From Lepidodermella squamata (lineage: Eukaryota > Animalia > Gastrotricha), in the NCBI GenBank assembly GCA_047495785.1, contig JBLDXI010000026.1:434001-498000 (forward strand): a DNA stretch of 64,000 bases, read 5' to 3'. The position numbers and the translations under genes were made by a program. Positions 39,267 to 50,483 of this stretch are shown in pieces. The notes under the pieces are model-generated. The model worked only from the letters and a program-made list of their open reading frames with translations. It did not search any database and was not told the DNA's origin. The stretch's first letter is position 1. Each line of letters begins with the position of its first letter.

Positions 39267-41768
39267 ATGATTTGGCTTAAATTGATACCAATTTTCCTAA
39301 TATTTTTGGAATCATCAGTTATTATAACGGCCGAGGTGTCTGAAAATGCTAACATTGACGAAGTCTGCCAGACAACAGAGTGCGTCATAGCCGCCGGTAC
39401 GATACTTTCATCAATGAATTTCGAAGCCGACCCGTGCGAAGATTTCTACGAGTACGCATGTGGAAATTTCGAGCAAATCCACGCAATACCAGCCGGTGAG
39501 AGCAAATTTCGCCAGCTCAACGTCATCGATCGAGTCCTTCAGCGTCACTTGCGAGATTTACTAGAAAATCGAGGGAAAACCGAAAAAAACCGATCGAAAG
39601 CGCGCCGTTACTACCAGGCCTGCATGGACGAGGAAAAAGTCGCGAAAAATTCCGTAAAATGGTTCAGAAAAATCATCGATGAACTAGGCGGATTATTTTT
39701 AAACAAAAGCGCCGAAAAATTACCTGAGAACTGGTGTTTCACCGAGCTGTTGGAATTACGCAATCATTACTCGTCGAGTGGGCCGTTTTCGACGTCGATC
39801 GGGCCGGATGATAAAAAGGTCACGGCTAACATTTTGAAGCTGGAACAAGACGGCCTCGGCCTTGGCCTAGATTCGCGCGATTATTACGTCAATAAAAGCG
39901 CTTCAACTGACCCAGTTTTATCGGCCTATGTTGACCTATTAAAAAGTTACGCTGACCTAATTGTGGGCGAAAACCAGGTTGAACGTCGATTTTTCGTTGA
40001 AATCGTGGAATTTGAGCAGAAATTAGCAGCGATTCATCGACCGCGTACCGACCAAGCTAATGTAGCTGATAATTATTTTCGAACAAATATCGCCTGGCTT
40101 GAGGAAGAATTGGACTTCATAAATTGGCAGAGTTATTTCAACGAATATTTAAAACCGATTGCGCTGAAAATCAATGAATCAGAGCCGATTTTGCTGTACA
40201 ATGTTGAATATTTCCGCGATTTAAATCGGCTGATGAGGAAGCAACTGTCGACAAATCACGGCCGTCGTGCTCTTCAAAATTACGTTGTGCTTCACGTTGT
40301 TAATTTTTACGCGCCGTACCTGGGCGGTGAATTTCTGGCGACTCGTGATAAATTTATGGCGATTTTTACAGGGCAGAAAGGATCTTCGGAACGGTGGCAA
40401 ACTTGCTTAGCGGATACTGATGCGAATGTTGGCTTTGCTCTCGGGGCCATGTACGTTGAAAAGTACTTTCCAGAAAGAAATAAATTACTAGTAAGTTTTT
40501 TATAAAAATTCAAAAAATTCAAAAATCTTTGAAAAATTGAAATTCAGAGAAATTTTGGTAAAAGATATTCCACTAATATAATTCAGATTTATTTTTAAAT
40601 TCAGAGTGAAAGAATAGTGGTTGACCTGATCCGGACTTTCCGTTCTCGAATTAAACGGGCTAAATGGATGGATGAAAAAACGCGCAAGAATGCCCTGGAA
40701 AAAATCGACTCCTTAAAATACCACGTCGCGTACCCGGACTGGCTTCTGAACACCACCTACCTCGAAGAATATTACAAGGGTCTAAATGTGACTGAGGACT
40801 ATGTCGAAAACCAGTTTTTATCCTTCAACCACGCGAAAATCAGGATGTTGAAGACGCTGAGAAGTGGTCCTGATCCATTACGTTGGGACATGACGCCGCA
40901 AACGATTAATGGCTACTACGAAACGACGCAGAATAAAATTGTCATACCAGCTGGAATTCTCAATCAGCCGTATTTTTTCCAGACAAAAGGAATTCCGACA
41001 GCTTTAAATTACGGCGCAATAGGATGCGTTGTGGGACATGAGGTGACTAATTTTAGTAAAAAAAATCTGAAAAATAAATTTCCTTCAAAATTCCCTTCCA
41101 AACTATGCTCGAAATTTTTTAAAATAATTGCTAATTATCACTCAATTAATCTAATTTAATTTCCAATTTTTCTCGAGTTTTTCCGATTTTTTTCCAATTT
41201 TCAAAAAATTTCAAAATTTCAAGCCTTTCAATAATTTGAATTTCTTCCTTGATAGCAATTTTTCTCTTTTTAGATTTCACATGGTTTCGATAATGTTGGT
41301 CGCGAGTATGACAAGTTGGGCAATCTTCACAACTGGTGGACCGATGAAACGCGGAGCCATTTCGAAGCTCAATCCGCCTGCCTCGTCGCTAAATTCAACC
41401 AGTACCAAATCGACGGGCTTCATTTACGCGGAGATCAAACTCTAGGCGAAAACATAGCTGACGATGCTGGCATTAAAGCTAGCTACCAAGCTTTTGCCGA
41501 GGCGAGAAAATCAGGCCGGACGAGTCGCTATCGCCAGCTAATCGGAACTACTCTGAACGAAGACCAGCTATTTTTTGTCGGCTGGGCGCAGCAGTGGTGT
41601 TCAATTTATTCGCCGCAAATGATAAAATTCGCGATTTTACGCGATGAACACGCGCTGTTCAAATTTCGTGTCATCGGCCCGATATCGAATTCGAAAGATT
41701 TCGCACGAGCTTTCGAGTGCCCACTTGGATCTCCGATGAATCCTGAGGAGAAGTGTTCGGTGTGGTGA
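39267..41768 (+). CDS. M13 family (neprilysin/ECE-like) zinc metallopeptidase 1, predicted secreted
   Basis: Signal peptide; C..EC, DPCEDFYEYACG, RWQTC, INGYY, GHE|ISHGFD across an intron, GENIADDAG, terminal MNPEEKCSVW*. Confidence 0.93.
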
Positions 41769-41973
41769 AACAAAAATTATCTGCTCAATTAATAAATTAT
41801 GCACCAATTTTATTATACATTTGACAATAAAATAAAAATTTCGAAAAATCCTCCTTAAAAAAGTGGTAATTTTTATTAATAATCAAAAAAATGCGAGAAA
41901 GCAATTAAAGCAGCTGAGCGGATTTTTTATGCTGAATTCCAGTTGAGCTTTGGGCAAGAATAAAATTCCAATT

Positions 41974-42180
41974 TTATTTGGTGTGCGCATGGTCGTAGGT
42001 AGGGTCTTTTTTGCCGCAATGAACGCACTCGAAATGGCGGCATTTTCGCTTCTTCGATCGGCAAATTGAACAGATTTCACCGTCAGAAAAATTAGCCATC
42101 CTAAGGTGTCGCCAGTAGTGATGACCATCGCCCGGGCTCTCAGCACCACACACTAGGCATTGTCGGATTTTTGAAGGCAT
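41974..42180 (-). CDS. Small (68 aa) Cys/His-rich putative zinc-binding protein
   Basis: MPSKIRQCLVCG...HHYWRH...CSIC...C..CVHCG...HAH*; TATAAAA about 60 bp upstream on the minus strand. Confidence 0.55.
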   Translation of the reverse strand: MPSKIRQCLVCGAESPGDGHHYWRHLRMANFSDGEICSICRSKKRKCRHFECVHCGKKDPTYDHAHTK

Positions 42181-42703
42181 TTTTATGAGGTAAAAAAAGT
42201 TGATAAACAGGCACATTTGTGCATAAATCAACCTGCGCTTTTATAGCTTGGCACAGCGTGATTCATGAATATTATTGTGATCGATAAGGAATGCGTAGGT
42301 GACCAGTATGCCTTATCACGTTTTTGTAGTAAAAGCCACCCATAGATGAATCTGAGCGCACTTGGAATTTCTGGAAAAATCTCGTGATCTGAGAAATTTA
42401 AAGACAAAAGTGATGAGTCATCATTATTACCGCCGCAAGCTCAACTGAATAAAATATGACGAGTGTCCACTTTTGTCGTAAATTTCAGGCAAAGTGCGAT
42501 GCGGCTTATAGAATACAATATTATATTGAATAACATCATTTTTTTGTTTCTTCTTTGCACTTCCTGTTTGTATCGATAAACATGATGAGCGGAGGCTCAC
42601 GAGCGGACGCATAATATTCTGTGCCAAGGGATGCGTATTTTATGCGATATTGAATACACAAGTTAGACAGTGATTTTATTCAAATTTGCACTCGCGCAAA
42701 TAA

Positions 42704-43039
42704 ATGGCCGCTTTCCTGTATCAATTTGTCCTCATATTAGGAGCGTCGCTGTTGCTGCTGCTAATACCTCGAAGTGAAGCTTCGCCTGTTGTCGAGTCTT
42801 TGAAGACGTTCAGCGCTAATGGTCCGGTGAAGATAGACAGCAAGCACTCGGAGCAACAGCATGGCAATCCGCAGGCGGTGAAAGCGCGCGAGGCGTTCAT
42901 TGAGCGCATCAAATCGCTGCCTGTCTATCGAAATCTCATGCAGAAATGCCTGCAAGTTCAAGCGAAAACCTTCGACTACTGCAACGACGCGATTACGCTG
43001 TACATTTGGGCGACTTTGAAGCACAACACGGACACATGA
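42704..43039 (+). CDS. Small secreted protein SP1 (Y-x6-C-x10-C-x8-W family), intronless
   Basis: 111-aa ORF with a clear signal peptide; C-terminal YRNLMQKCLQVQAKTFDYCNDAITLYIWA matches four other genes in the window. Confidence 0.85.
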   Translation: MAAFLYQFVLILGASLLLLLIPRSEASPVVESLKTFSANGPVKIDSKHSEQQHGNPQAVKAREAFIERIKSLPVYRNLMQKCLQVQAKTFDYCNDAITLYIWATLKHNTDT

Positions 43040-43949
43040 TGGCGTTGCGCTGATCATAATCTCTGATCTGAGAGAATGAGCAATTTAGTCATACATATTT
43101 GCGCTGCAAATTATCAGCTTTCTTATTTATTTAGAGATCAGGAAGGCATAACTTTCAAATAAACGTATTGCGTTTTAAAAAAATGTATTGTTGATTTGCC
43201 TATATCTAACTTGAATTTGGCAGCGAAAGCTAGAAAAACAATTTAGAAAGATTAGAGAATTTTTTTCTTATACTAACGCTTTTTACGACCTTTAATAAAA
43301 ACGCAGCCCGGTCGCATATACTCGAAATTAATTAATTGGGTCATGAGGCATTTGAATATTCATGAGGCGAGGGCGATCTGACTTCTGCCACCCACCTGAT
43401 ACTCATATTTCAAAGCTCACGTGAAGGGATTGCCACTATAGCCCTTTCATAACACTCTCTATATCTAATATTTCAGGAGGGTGTCCAAAAAGCAAATCTC
43501 CGTGCTAAAAAATTGTATAAATCCGGTGGAAACAGATAAAATGTCTTGCTATATTGCTAAATTGCCGAAGAGCTGCGACTTATCCTCCGGCCACTAGAAA
43601 GCTGTGAAAAGATAGCTTAAGTTTGTTTCAAGCTGTTGATGTTTTCAGCAATTCAGAGGTCTAGAGTGAGGTGCTAAATTCATCGAAATTTGACCTATAT
43701 CACACAACCGAAAAGAGTGATTGCGAAAATGCGTTTTGAGAATTGTGGGGAAATTTTATTTTATGAAGAAATTCAAATTTCGGCAGCAAGCGAGCTAGAT
43801 TCTAAGCGTAACAAGGCGGGATCATGGTATTGACCTGCATATCTCGAAGAGACTGCGTCGCAAGCGGTGGAAAAACACAAAAAAAGCGTGCGAACCCCGA
43901 ATAAATGAAACACCGTACTTTTTATTATTCATGCATCAGCGACTCCAAT

Positions 43950-44191
43950 CAGTGTGAGACTTTCAGGGTGGATGGGGGGATCATACCCCCAGCTCGGCCG
44001 GGCCAGACGACAAAAAGAGAATTTATCCCACTGTTTTGTTAATTTTGGAAGGTTCTGGAGCGTGTTTTAGTGGAAAATCTCCGAAATTTTCACGCTTCGC
44101 TCGGTTATTCGCCGAAATGACTAGTCATTTTGGCAAATACACCAAAAATTGTTTACAACCCTGGCAGCTCGGGATCTAAGATCGCACCCTG
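43950..44191. mobile_element. hAT-like MITE with 8-bp target site duplication, just downstream of NR copy I
   Basis: ACTCCAAT duplicated at 43942-43949 and 44192-44199; imperfect TIRs CAGTGTGAGACTTT / AAGATCGCACCCTG. Confidence 0.7.
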
Positions 44192-44234
44192 ACTCCAATA
44201 GTAATTAATTGACTGAATAGAGTAAGTAGTCACT

Positions 44235-45769
44235 TCATTCACTCTCTGAGGGGACTCCGTCGGGAAACCAAGAGCTAGCGCGAGCCTGTGCTTTTCTCAT
44301 AAATATCGGCCTATACGCTGCAGCTTGTTGCATGATGGCAATGGCTCGGTCGACGTGGTTCTCATTTTTCTGCGATGGATTTTGTCTTCCTAAACCAGCG
44401 TGCAACATGATGAGTGAGTTTTGCAAGACATGTGATTGTCGAACAGATGCCGGAATCGAAGATCCTGTGTATAAGACAATCAATCATTATAATGACATGT
44501 GGGCAGATGGGGGTCGATTTGGTATGCGTACCACTGAAAAACAGGTAGCACAGGAATACCGCCAACTCGGGCATTGTTGGTTGCCAGCCAGCCAACACGT
44601 GCGATAGCTGCATCGCCCACATGACGACAGGCTGAGAAAATTACAGACAAATACTTATTAGGATTCATGAATTTTCCCGACATACAGATCACTATGCAGT
44701 AAACAAAACACAAATAAAAATGTTCACCTCAAACTCCGGTAAAACGGTCAGAAATTGTGGCACGATAGCTTTGTTGATCGACATTGGATTTAACTCGCCG
44801 GGTTGGGACGGGAACGCAATCGCGATTAAAGGCCATCCTGTCGCAACAGTTTCTTCCAACGCGCTTTCTGAAATGGCGAAAGCTTCTGCAAGAGTAAAAT
44901 ATTAGGTATTTCGCCTTTATAAATAGTCGAAGCGTAAGTACCTTTCATGTAATGCGAAAATCTTACGCGGGCTTTGTTGTACATTCTGAAGTGATTAGTG
45001 GCGAATTCCTTTTCCAAATTGGTAGGGTCGTCGTAAGGAATATTCCGTGTTCGTAGGGGCAACTAAATTTTCAAAAAGGTGAATCGAAAGCTAAGAATTA
45101 AAACGCGATAAAAAACCGAATATAAGTCGTGCAGAAACGTGAGTCCAATCACTGAATTTTTAGTGGCTGTTTCAGCCAATGTCATGAGTTTGAGATCAGG
45201 ATTGCTTGGTATCGTTGAATTCAGTCTGTGATCAAGGAAGTTTGTCATAAAGGTTATGCGGCAATGTCAGTAAAATGGCTAACTCAGAATGGTTGATCCA
45301 CCCATTTCCACTAGCATCTTCTGAACCTTCTGAAGGCAAGGCGAGTTGCTTTCTGAAGCCTGACAAAGTCTATAGATTTCATTTTGATAAAATAACGAGA
45401 ACATCTACCATACTTGTTCCATGCTTGGCAGCGAAGCATTTTTCAAGCCGACAACGGGTACAACAACCACGCGTTTCTCCCGGTTTTATCTCACAGTTGA
45501 ATTTCCCAGTGACACATTGAAAGTCGTACCTTCGGCATGCTTGTCGAGCGAAAAATTTCTTAATAAATACGGGTAAATTATGGATAAAAGAAATTGTTAA
45601 GACGAAGTTTACCTGACAAGCATTACATTGCCTTGGATGGTATCGCTTTCTAGGCGGAACAACCTTCCCGCATATCTGCGAATGGGAATTATTTAATTAA
45701 TGAAGTCGAAAAAGGCAACGATTTTACATTGCAGTAGATGGCGCGTTTATGTTCTTGTCCATTTTCCAT
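44235..45769 (-). CDS. Divergent nuclear-receptor-like gene, copy I (inverted and separated from the array)
   Basis: MENGQEHKRAIYCN|ICGKVVPPRKRYHPRQCNACQ|KFFARQACRRYDFQCVTGKFNCEIKPGETRGCCTRCRLEKC; same exon pattern; ends SWFPDGVPSESE*. Confidence 0.85.
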
Positions 45770-47075
45770 GCTTAGGCCTGAAATCATTCGAGTTTAATAT
45801 CGATGTTAGAAAGCAAAATGATTGAGCTATAGAAGGCATCATTTTTTTCATGACAAATGCATGGACGCTTTATTGATTTTTTCTGCATTAAGCAAAGCCT
45901 GTACATAATCGAGCGAGTAAAACGTTCGTACAGTAGATACGTTATTATTAAGTTATCGACATAAAAGTGACTTCTAAAGATAGTGATACTTTCGATCGTT
46001 AAATGTCGTCAAGTTTAAGCGACGCGATGGTGTTTTACGCTAGATCATTTGTGAGTGCTAGGCAAGGCTTATTCGATCAAATTACAGGATCACAACTGTA
46101 TAAGGCTCGCTGCATATCGTCAGCTGAGGCTTCAGACGGCGAAATAAATTACCCCCTCATTTCTTTGCAGTTTACAATTTCAAGAGGTCCTAATTCCGAT
46201 GCCACCAGGATTCTGAATAGCACCAGGAATGAGGCGATTCGGACAGGTGTGGGTCTATTAATATTAATGATACTTAAATATTAATTTCAAATATTGCAAA
46301 TGTGTTATGCTCAGTGGTCGAGTGGCCTCAGGTCATGCAATTTTTACGATAGGTGGGTCGTCTTTCCACCTAACTCCTTGCAAAATGTCATTGCCAATGG
46401 CCAGGTAGTTTTTGAGTAATTCTCATTCTTCTGCTTGCATGAACATTTGTCGAAAAGCCCCAATGACTCAAATGACCCCAAATGACGGTATTAAGTGACG
46501 TGGAGAGTTATGGACATGACTTTAAATACAATGTATGATACATGTTACGAGATTCAGCTCAAAGCATAACCCTATCACGTTCGGTAACTTCGATTTTTTT
46601 ATTGATAACTGAGAAAGGGTCCCAAATCAGCATTACTGTTGCAATGCTTATAATATAAATTTACTAATTGTTTCCATGCCAAGACCAAGACCACACTTTC
46701 TGACTGAATCTATGACCAAGTACAAGACCAAAATCCCACAAGCAGGTGTTTCGTTAAAGGCCGAAGACCAAGACTGATGATTTCAAATGCGCACGCAATT
46801 TCTACTATTTTCTATTTTGAGCATTTCCCCTGTGAAAGCCAGCAGCCAGCAGCCACCAATGATCAATTCTTTTAAAAGCTAAAAAGGCTAAATTTTTTAT
46901 ATATTTTAATTTTAGTCAGGATAGCATACACATTCACTTGTCAACATTCAGACTCAACAAGAACGTGTATAATTTATTAACTCCCTCATGAAAATAAGTG
47001 ATTACAATGATACATTTTGCCGATGGCGAGGCTTCTGCTTGTTGTTAGCCAACATCCTATTAGGCGCAATGCATT

Positions 47076-47494
47076 TTACTGGCCTTTCATGATGTCTTTA
47101 GCGACCTGTTGCGCCCACAGGTAGAAGCCGACTTGGTTCTTGCAAATCGCCTCCGACTGCAGCTTAGCAATACACGTCTTTAGCCGCTTTTGGTAAGTGG
47201 ATTGGCGAACCTTCTCCAGCAATGTAGCCAAGTCTGAAACATCTGCATTTTCGATCATTCTAGCAACATTTTTCTCTAAGAAAAAAAAGCGAACCATTAA
47301 ATGAGTTTCCTACAACTTTGCTAAGACTTACCAAGATGATCGGACCGCTCTGCAGTTACCTTATGAGTGTCTATGCCTGTTCCTTTCAGGAGCGCTGCCA
47401 AATTAGCATGGGAGAAATGCTTACCGTCGGCCTTCGAGTCACATGTTGCTACCTTCAAAAACGCAAGAGCTAAAATCGCACAAGCAAGTTTCAT
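47076..47494 (-). CDS. Small secreted protein SP2
   Basis: MKLACAILALAFLKVATC signal; phase-1 GT-AG intron; final exon YQKRLKTCIAKLQSEAICKNQVGFYLWA. Confidence 0.82.
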
Positions 47495-47752
47495 TTTAGG
47501 CGATTTCGACAAGAATGAGCTGGCAACGTGCTGCAATATTGCATCGCGCGAGACGCCGAGTGGGTGAGCACTTCATAGGTGCCTCTTAGTGCATGGGTGT
47601 CTCTGGTTGTCTTTAAGACATACTTCAACAGCCGAACGAATCGATCAATAACATTTATTACTATGTGGGTGGAAAAATTTTCAAATTTTTATTCACATTG
47701 ATACGAGTCCTGGATTTCTTTGTTTATCGCTTTTGAATTGGCTATTTATGGA

Positions 47753-48131
47753 TTACTGCTGGTCATTTTTCATAATTTCTTTGGCCAAGTGGCTCATCCA
47801 CAGCTGAAAGCTGCCGCGGTTGTTTCGGCATATTGCTTCAGATTTAAGCGTTTCAATGCATTTCTTCAATCGGCGGTTGTAGGCAGCCACTTGAGCGCGG
47901 TTGAGGATGGATGCCAAATCAGACGTACTAGTTTTTTCTATCAGCTTTGCTACATTATGCTCTAGAATGTACAAATAATTTATTTGATGTTAGATTTGAA
48001 ATTAGAATCTTACCAAACTTCTGATGAGCTGGATTAGTTGATTTTACAATTTGATCCTTCGTTGGTGCACCCAATACAGATGCTATGAAGAGAAAGGCCG
48101 AAATAAGAATGATAACGCTGAGAGTAGCCAT
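47753..48131 (-). CDS. Small secreted protein SP3 (tandem paralog of SP2)
   Basis: MATLSVIILISAFLFIASVLGAP signal; phase-1 intron; YNRRLKKCIETLKSEAICRNNRGSFQLWM. Confidence 0.82.
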
Positions 48132-49142
48132 TTATCAAAATTTAATTTACAATCCACGAGGTGTGGGTAAATGTGTAAGATTACTACCTACTTAAATGCA
48201 TTCAGCAGCGTGCGAGACTTCCGCAAGTACCGACGAACGTTTTCCTCTACTTCTCGGTTTTCATTTGAAGTGTTCCCCGCCCATTTTGGCAAATTCCTAT
48301 CGTGAAAAAGAACTCAACGTACCAAGTTATCGCTTTCAACAAAGACATGGCACATGGCTGCATACTGCGCTGTGTGCGGAGTAGGTTCCGGCATAATATT
48401 ATGTGCAGTAGCGAACTATGCTGTGATACTGATTGAAAGTTTTCACAATTTTCGTACGAGCAAGTTTCTGAGTTAATTGAGAGTTCACGACATCCGACGG
48501 CATGAATGAGGAGGAAATGAACAGTACGATAGCTGTGAGGGTTTTCGAAGTGCTAAGCGTTTGATCTGGTTTTATGAAACCTCTGAGCCTTAACTCTGTG
48601 ACTGAATTGATTGTCGAAATGCTTCAATATTTCGCCTTTACGGAGAAAATAAATCCGAAATTGACCAAAAAGCGTGGGATAAAACTTCAATCCGAGATCT
48701 GAGTCGTAGCGAAGTCCGAATTTTCCAACTACAGTTAGCAATAGTTAAGGAAACTCCACACATCACTGTGTCGACCGCGGTCGCGATGCTATTCAACAAA
48801 TTCGAAGAAAAAATTATGACGTATATCTAATTTATTAGCGCGCAGTCACTCCTTTTGTAGAAATTAACAGATAAAAAATGAAAAATAAGGCCTCTTTTCA
48901 CATGTCGTGTCTCACTTTGAGTATCATCTCAATGCGGCACTTTCTGCAGCAGGAACTGAAGTCAGCAGTTTTTTCAAAGAACGACCGCAGTGCAGCATAT
49001 TGACAAGTACTGGTCCGGTAGCATTTTTGACGCGCAGTGACCTGTGCAGCTTCAATTGAGGGCAAGTGTTACTTTTAGCAAGTTTCATAACACATTTTGC
49101 CTTCATGATAACACTTTTGGCTAAAAAAGCTTGAGATTTTAT

Positions 49143-49732
49143 TCAAGCCCAATAGTTGTCATTCGTGCTAGTCGGTGCTAGGATAATCTTGTGTTCCGTA
49201 ACTTCATTCACGCGACCGAATGTTTCTTTCACCATGGTATGAGATGCATTGCTGAGAATGTGATTGAGCCTAGAGAGGCAATTAGCTGTCGTAGTCCAAA
49301 TGCCATCCAAACCTCCGTGGAATCCATCAACTGCAGCTGCGGATTCGCATATTATCCTCCTCCTTGAAGATCTTTAAATATTAAGATGGATAATGCTCAG
49401 GTTCTCACTCACCAGTGAAGATGGTTTTGCATGAGGTGGCATAAATTTGCACAAAGCATCATCTCGCGTAGAAAATGCGCCATCCTCTCGCTTTCATACG
49501 CAATCTTCCGCAGAGTCACGTCCATTCTGTCGAGAAACGGCGTTTTTCGCCGCGCCAGGTAGTTGGTGAATTGTGCGGCTGTTGAATCGGCGAGGTCTGC
49601 AATGGCTTGCCACGTTCTCCGGTCGCTCAGGTCAATGCCCTGGCCAGCCAATGAGTGGAGCAATTGTTTCGACGGCTTTATCAGCTGCCGTACGTCGTTA
49701 GGCTTCAAAACTTGTTGCGGCTTTCTGGACAT
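49143..49732 (-). CDS. Orphan protein of about 180 aa (two-exon model)
   Basis: 107-codon ORF ends at a TG|GTGAGT donor; splicing to TTCAAG| gives WRRIICESAAAVDGF...NDNYWA* followed immediately by AATAAA. No family recognised. Confidence 0.45.
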
Positions 49733-50483
49733 GGTAAACGTTTAATCTATTCACACTCAAAAGGTACCAGAGCTTATATTTGGCACGGTAGTCAAAGAAA
49801 ATTAGGGGTATAGTGAAATGTAGTAGGTGAAGCTTAGGTTTTCAATCCGAGGCGAGATTACCATTTTGAAAAAAACTCGTTAAAAGAGCTGAATTTGAGC
49901 TGCAAGTAATAAAGCCCCACGACAGCTTTTAGATTATGGGCTCAGAGGTATCTGCCCTTTTCCACTCGTAAAGTGTTAAATAGCTTTGATATTGGTATCG
50001 AAAATTGTTGTAGGACAGTAAAAGGCTTTTTAATCTTTTGCCTCTAATCTTTCTTCCCAATGAATTCCCAGATCTTTCTAAAAAAAAGAATCTGCGCCGG
50101 CAATAACTGCTAAGAAAACTAGCCTATGCACTGTGCGGAGATTGCATGTACTATAAATGAGAGTATATCCGAAGCTTTTTATCGGCTAAATCAAAAACAC
50201 TGTTGTTATAATGCTATTTGCAGTGTTTTATGCGCAGTGGTTATATGTATGTATGAGCGCGACTCTTCATATATACTGTGTGCGCTATCTTCTCCCGCGC
50301 TCCTCGGCCACATTCTATTTCTGTGCGATGTGCGCTAAGTAATTTGGACAGTGTGCGCCGGGCAATCCTTTTCATGCTCGCTTTCATCACGTACCACTGC
50401 AGTGTCTTCCCCACGCAGGATGGATAAAGAGCAAGTGGCTTGCGTGACATCAATGATGTCCCCCTTAAAAGACTTAGGTATTA

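Noticed and set aside
46678-46776. Repeated CCAAGACC motifs like hAT subterminal repeats
   Set aside because: No termini or target duplication found.
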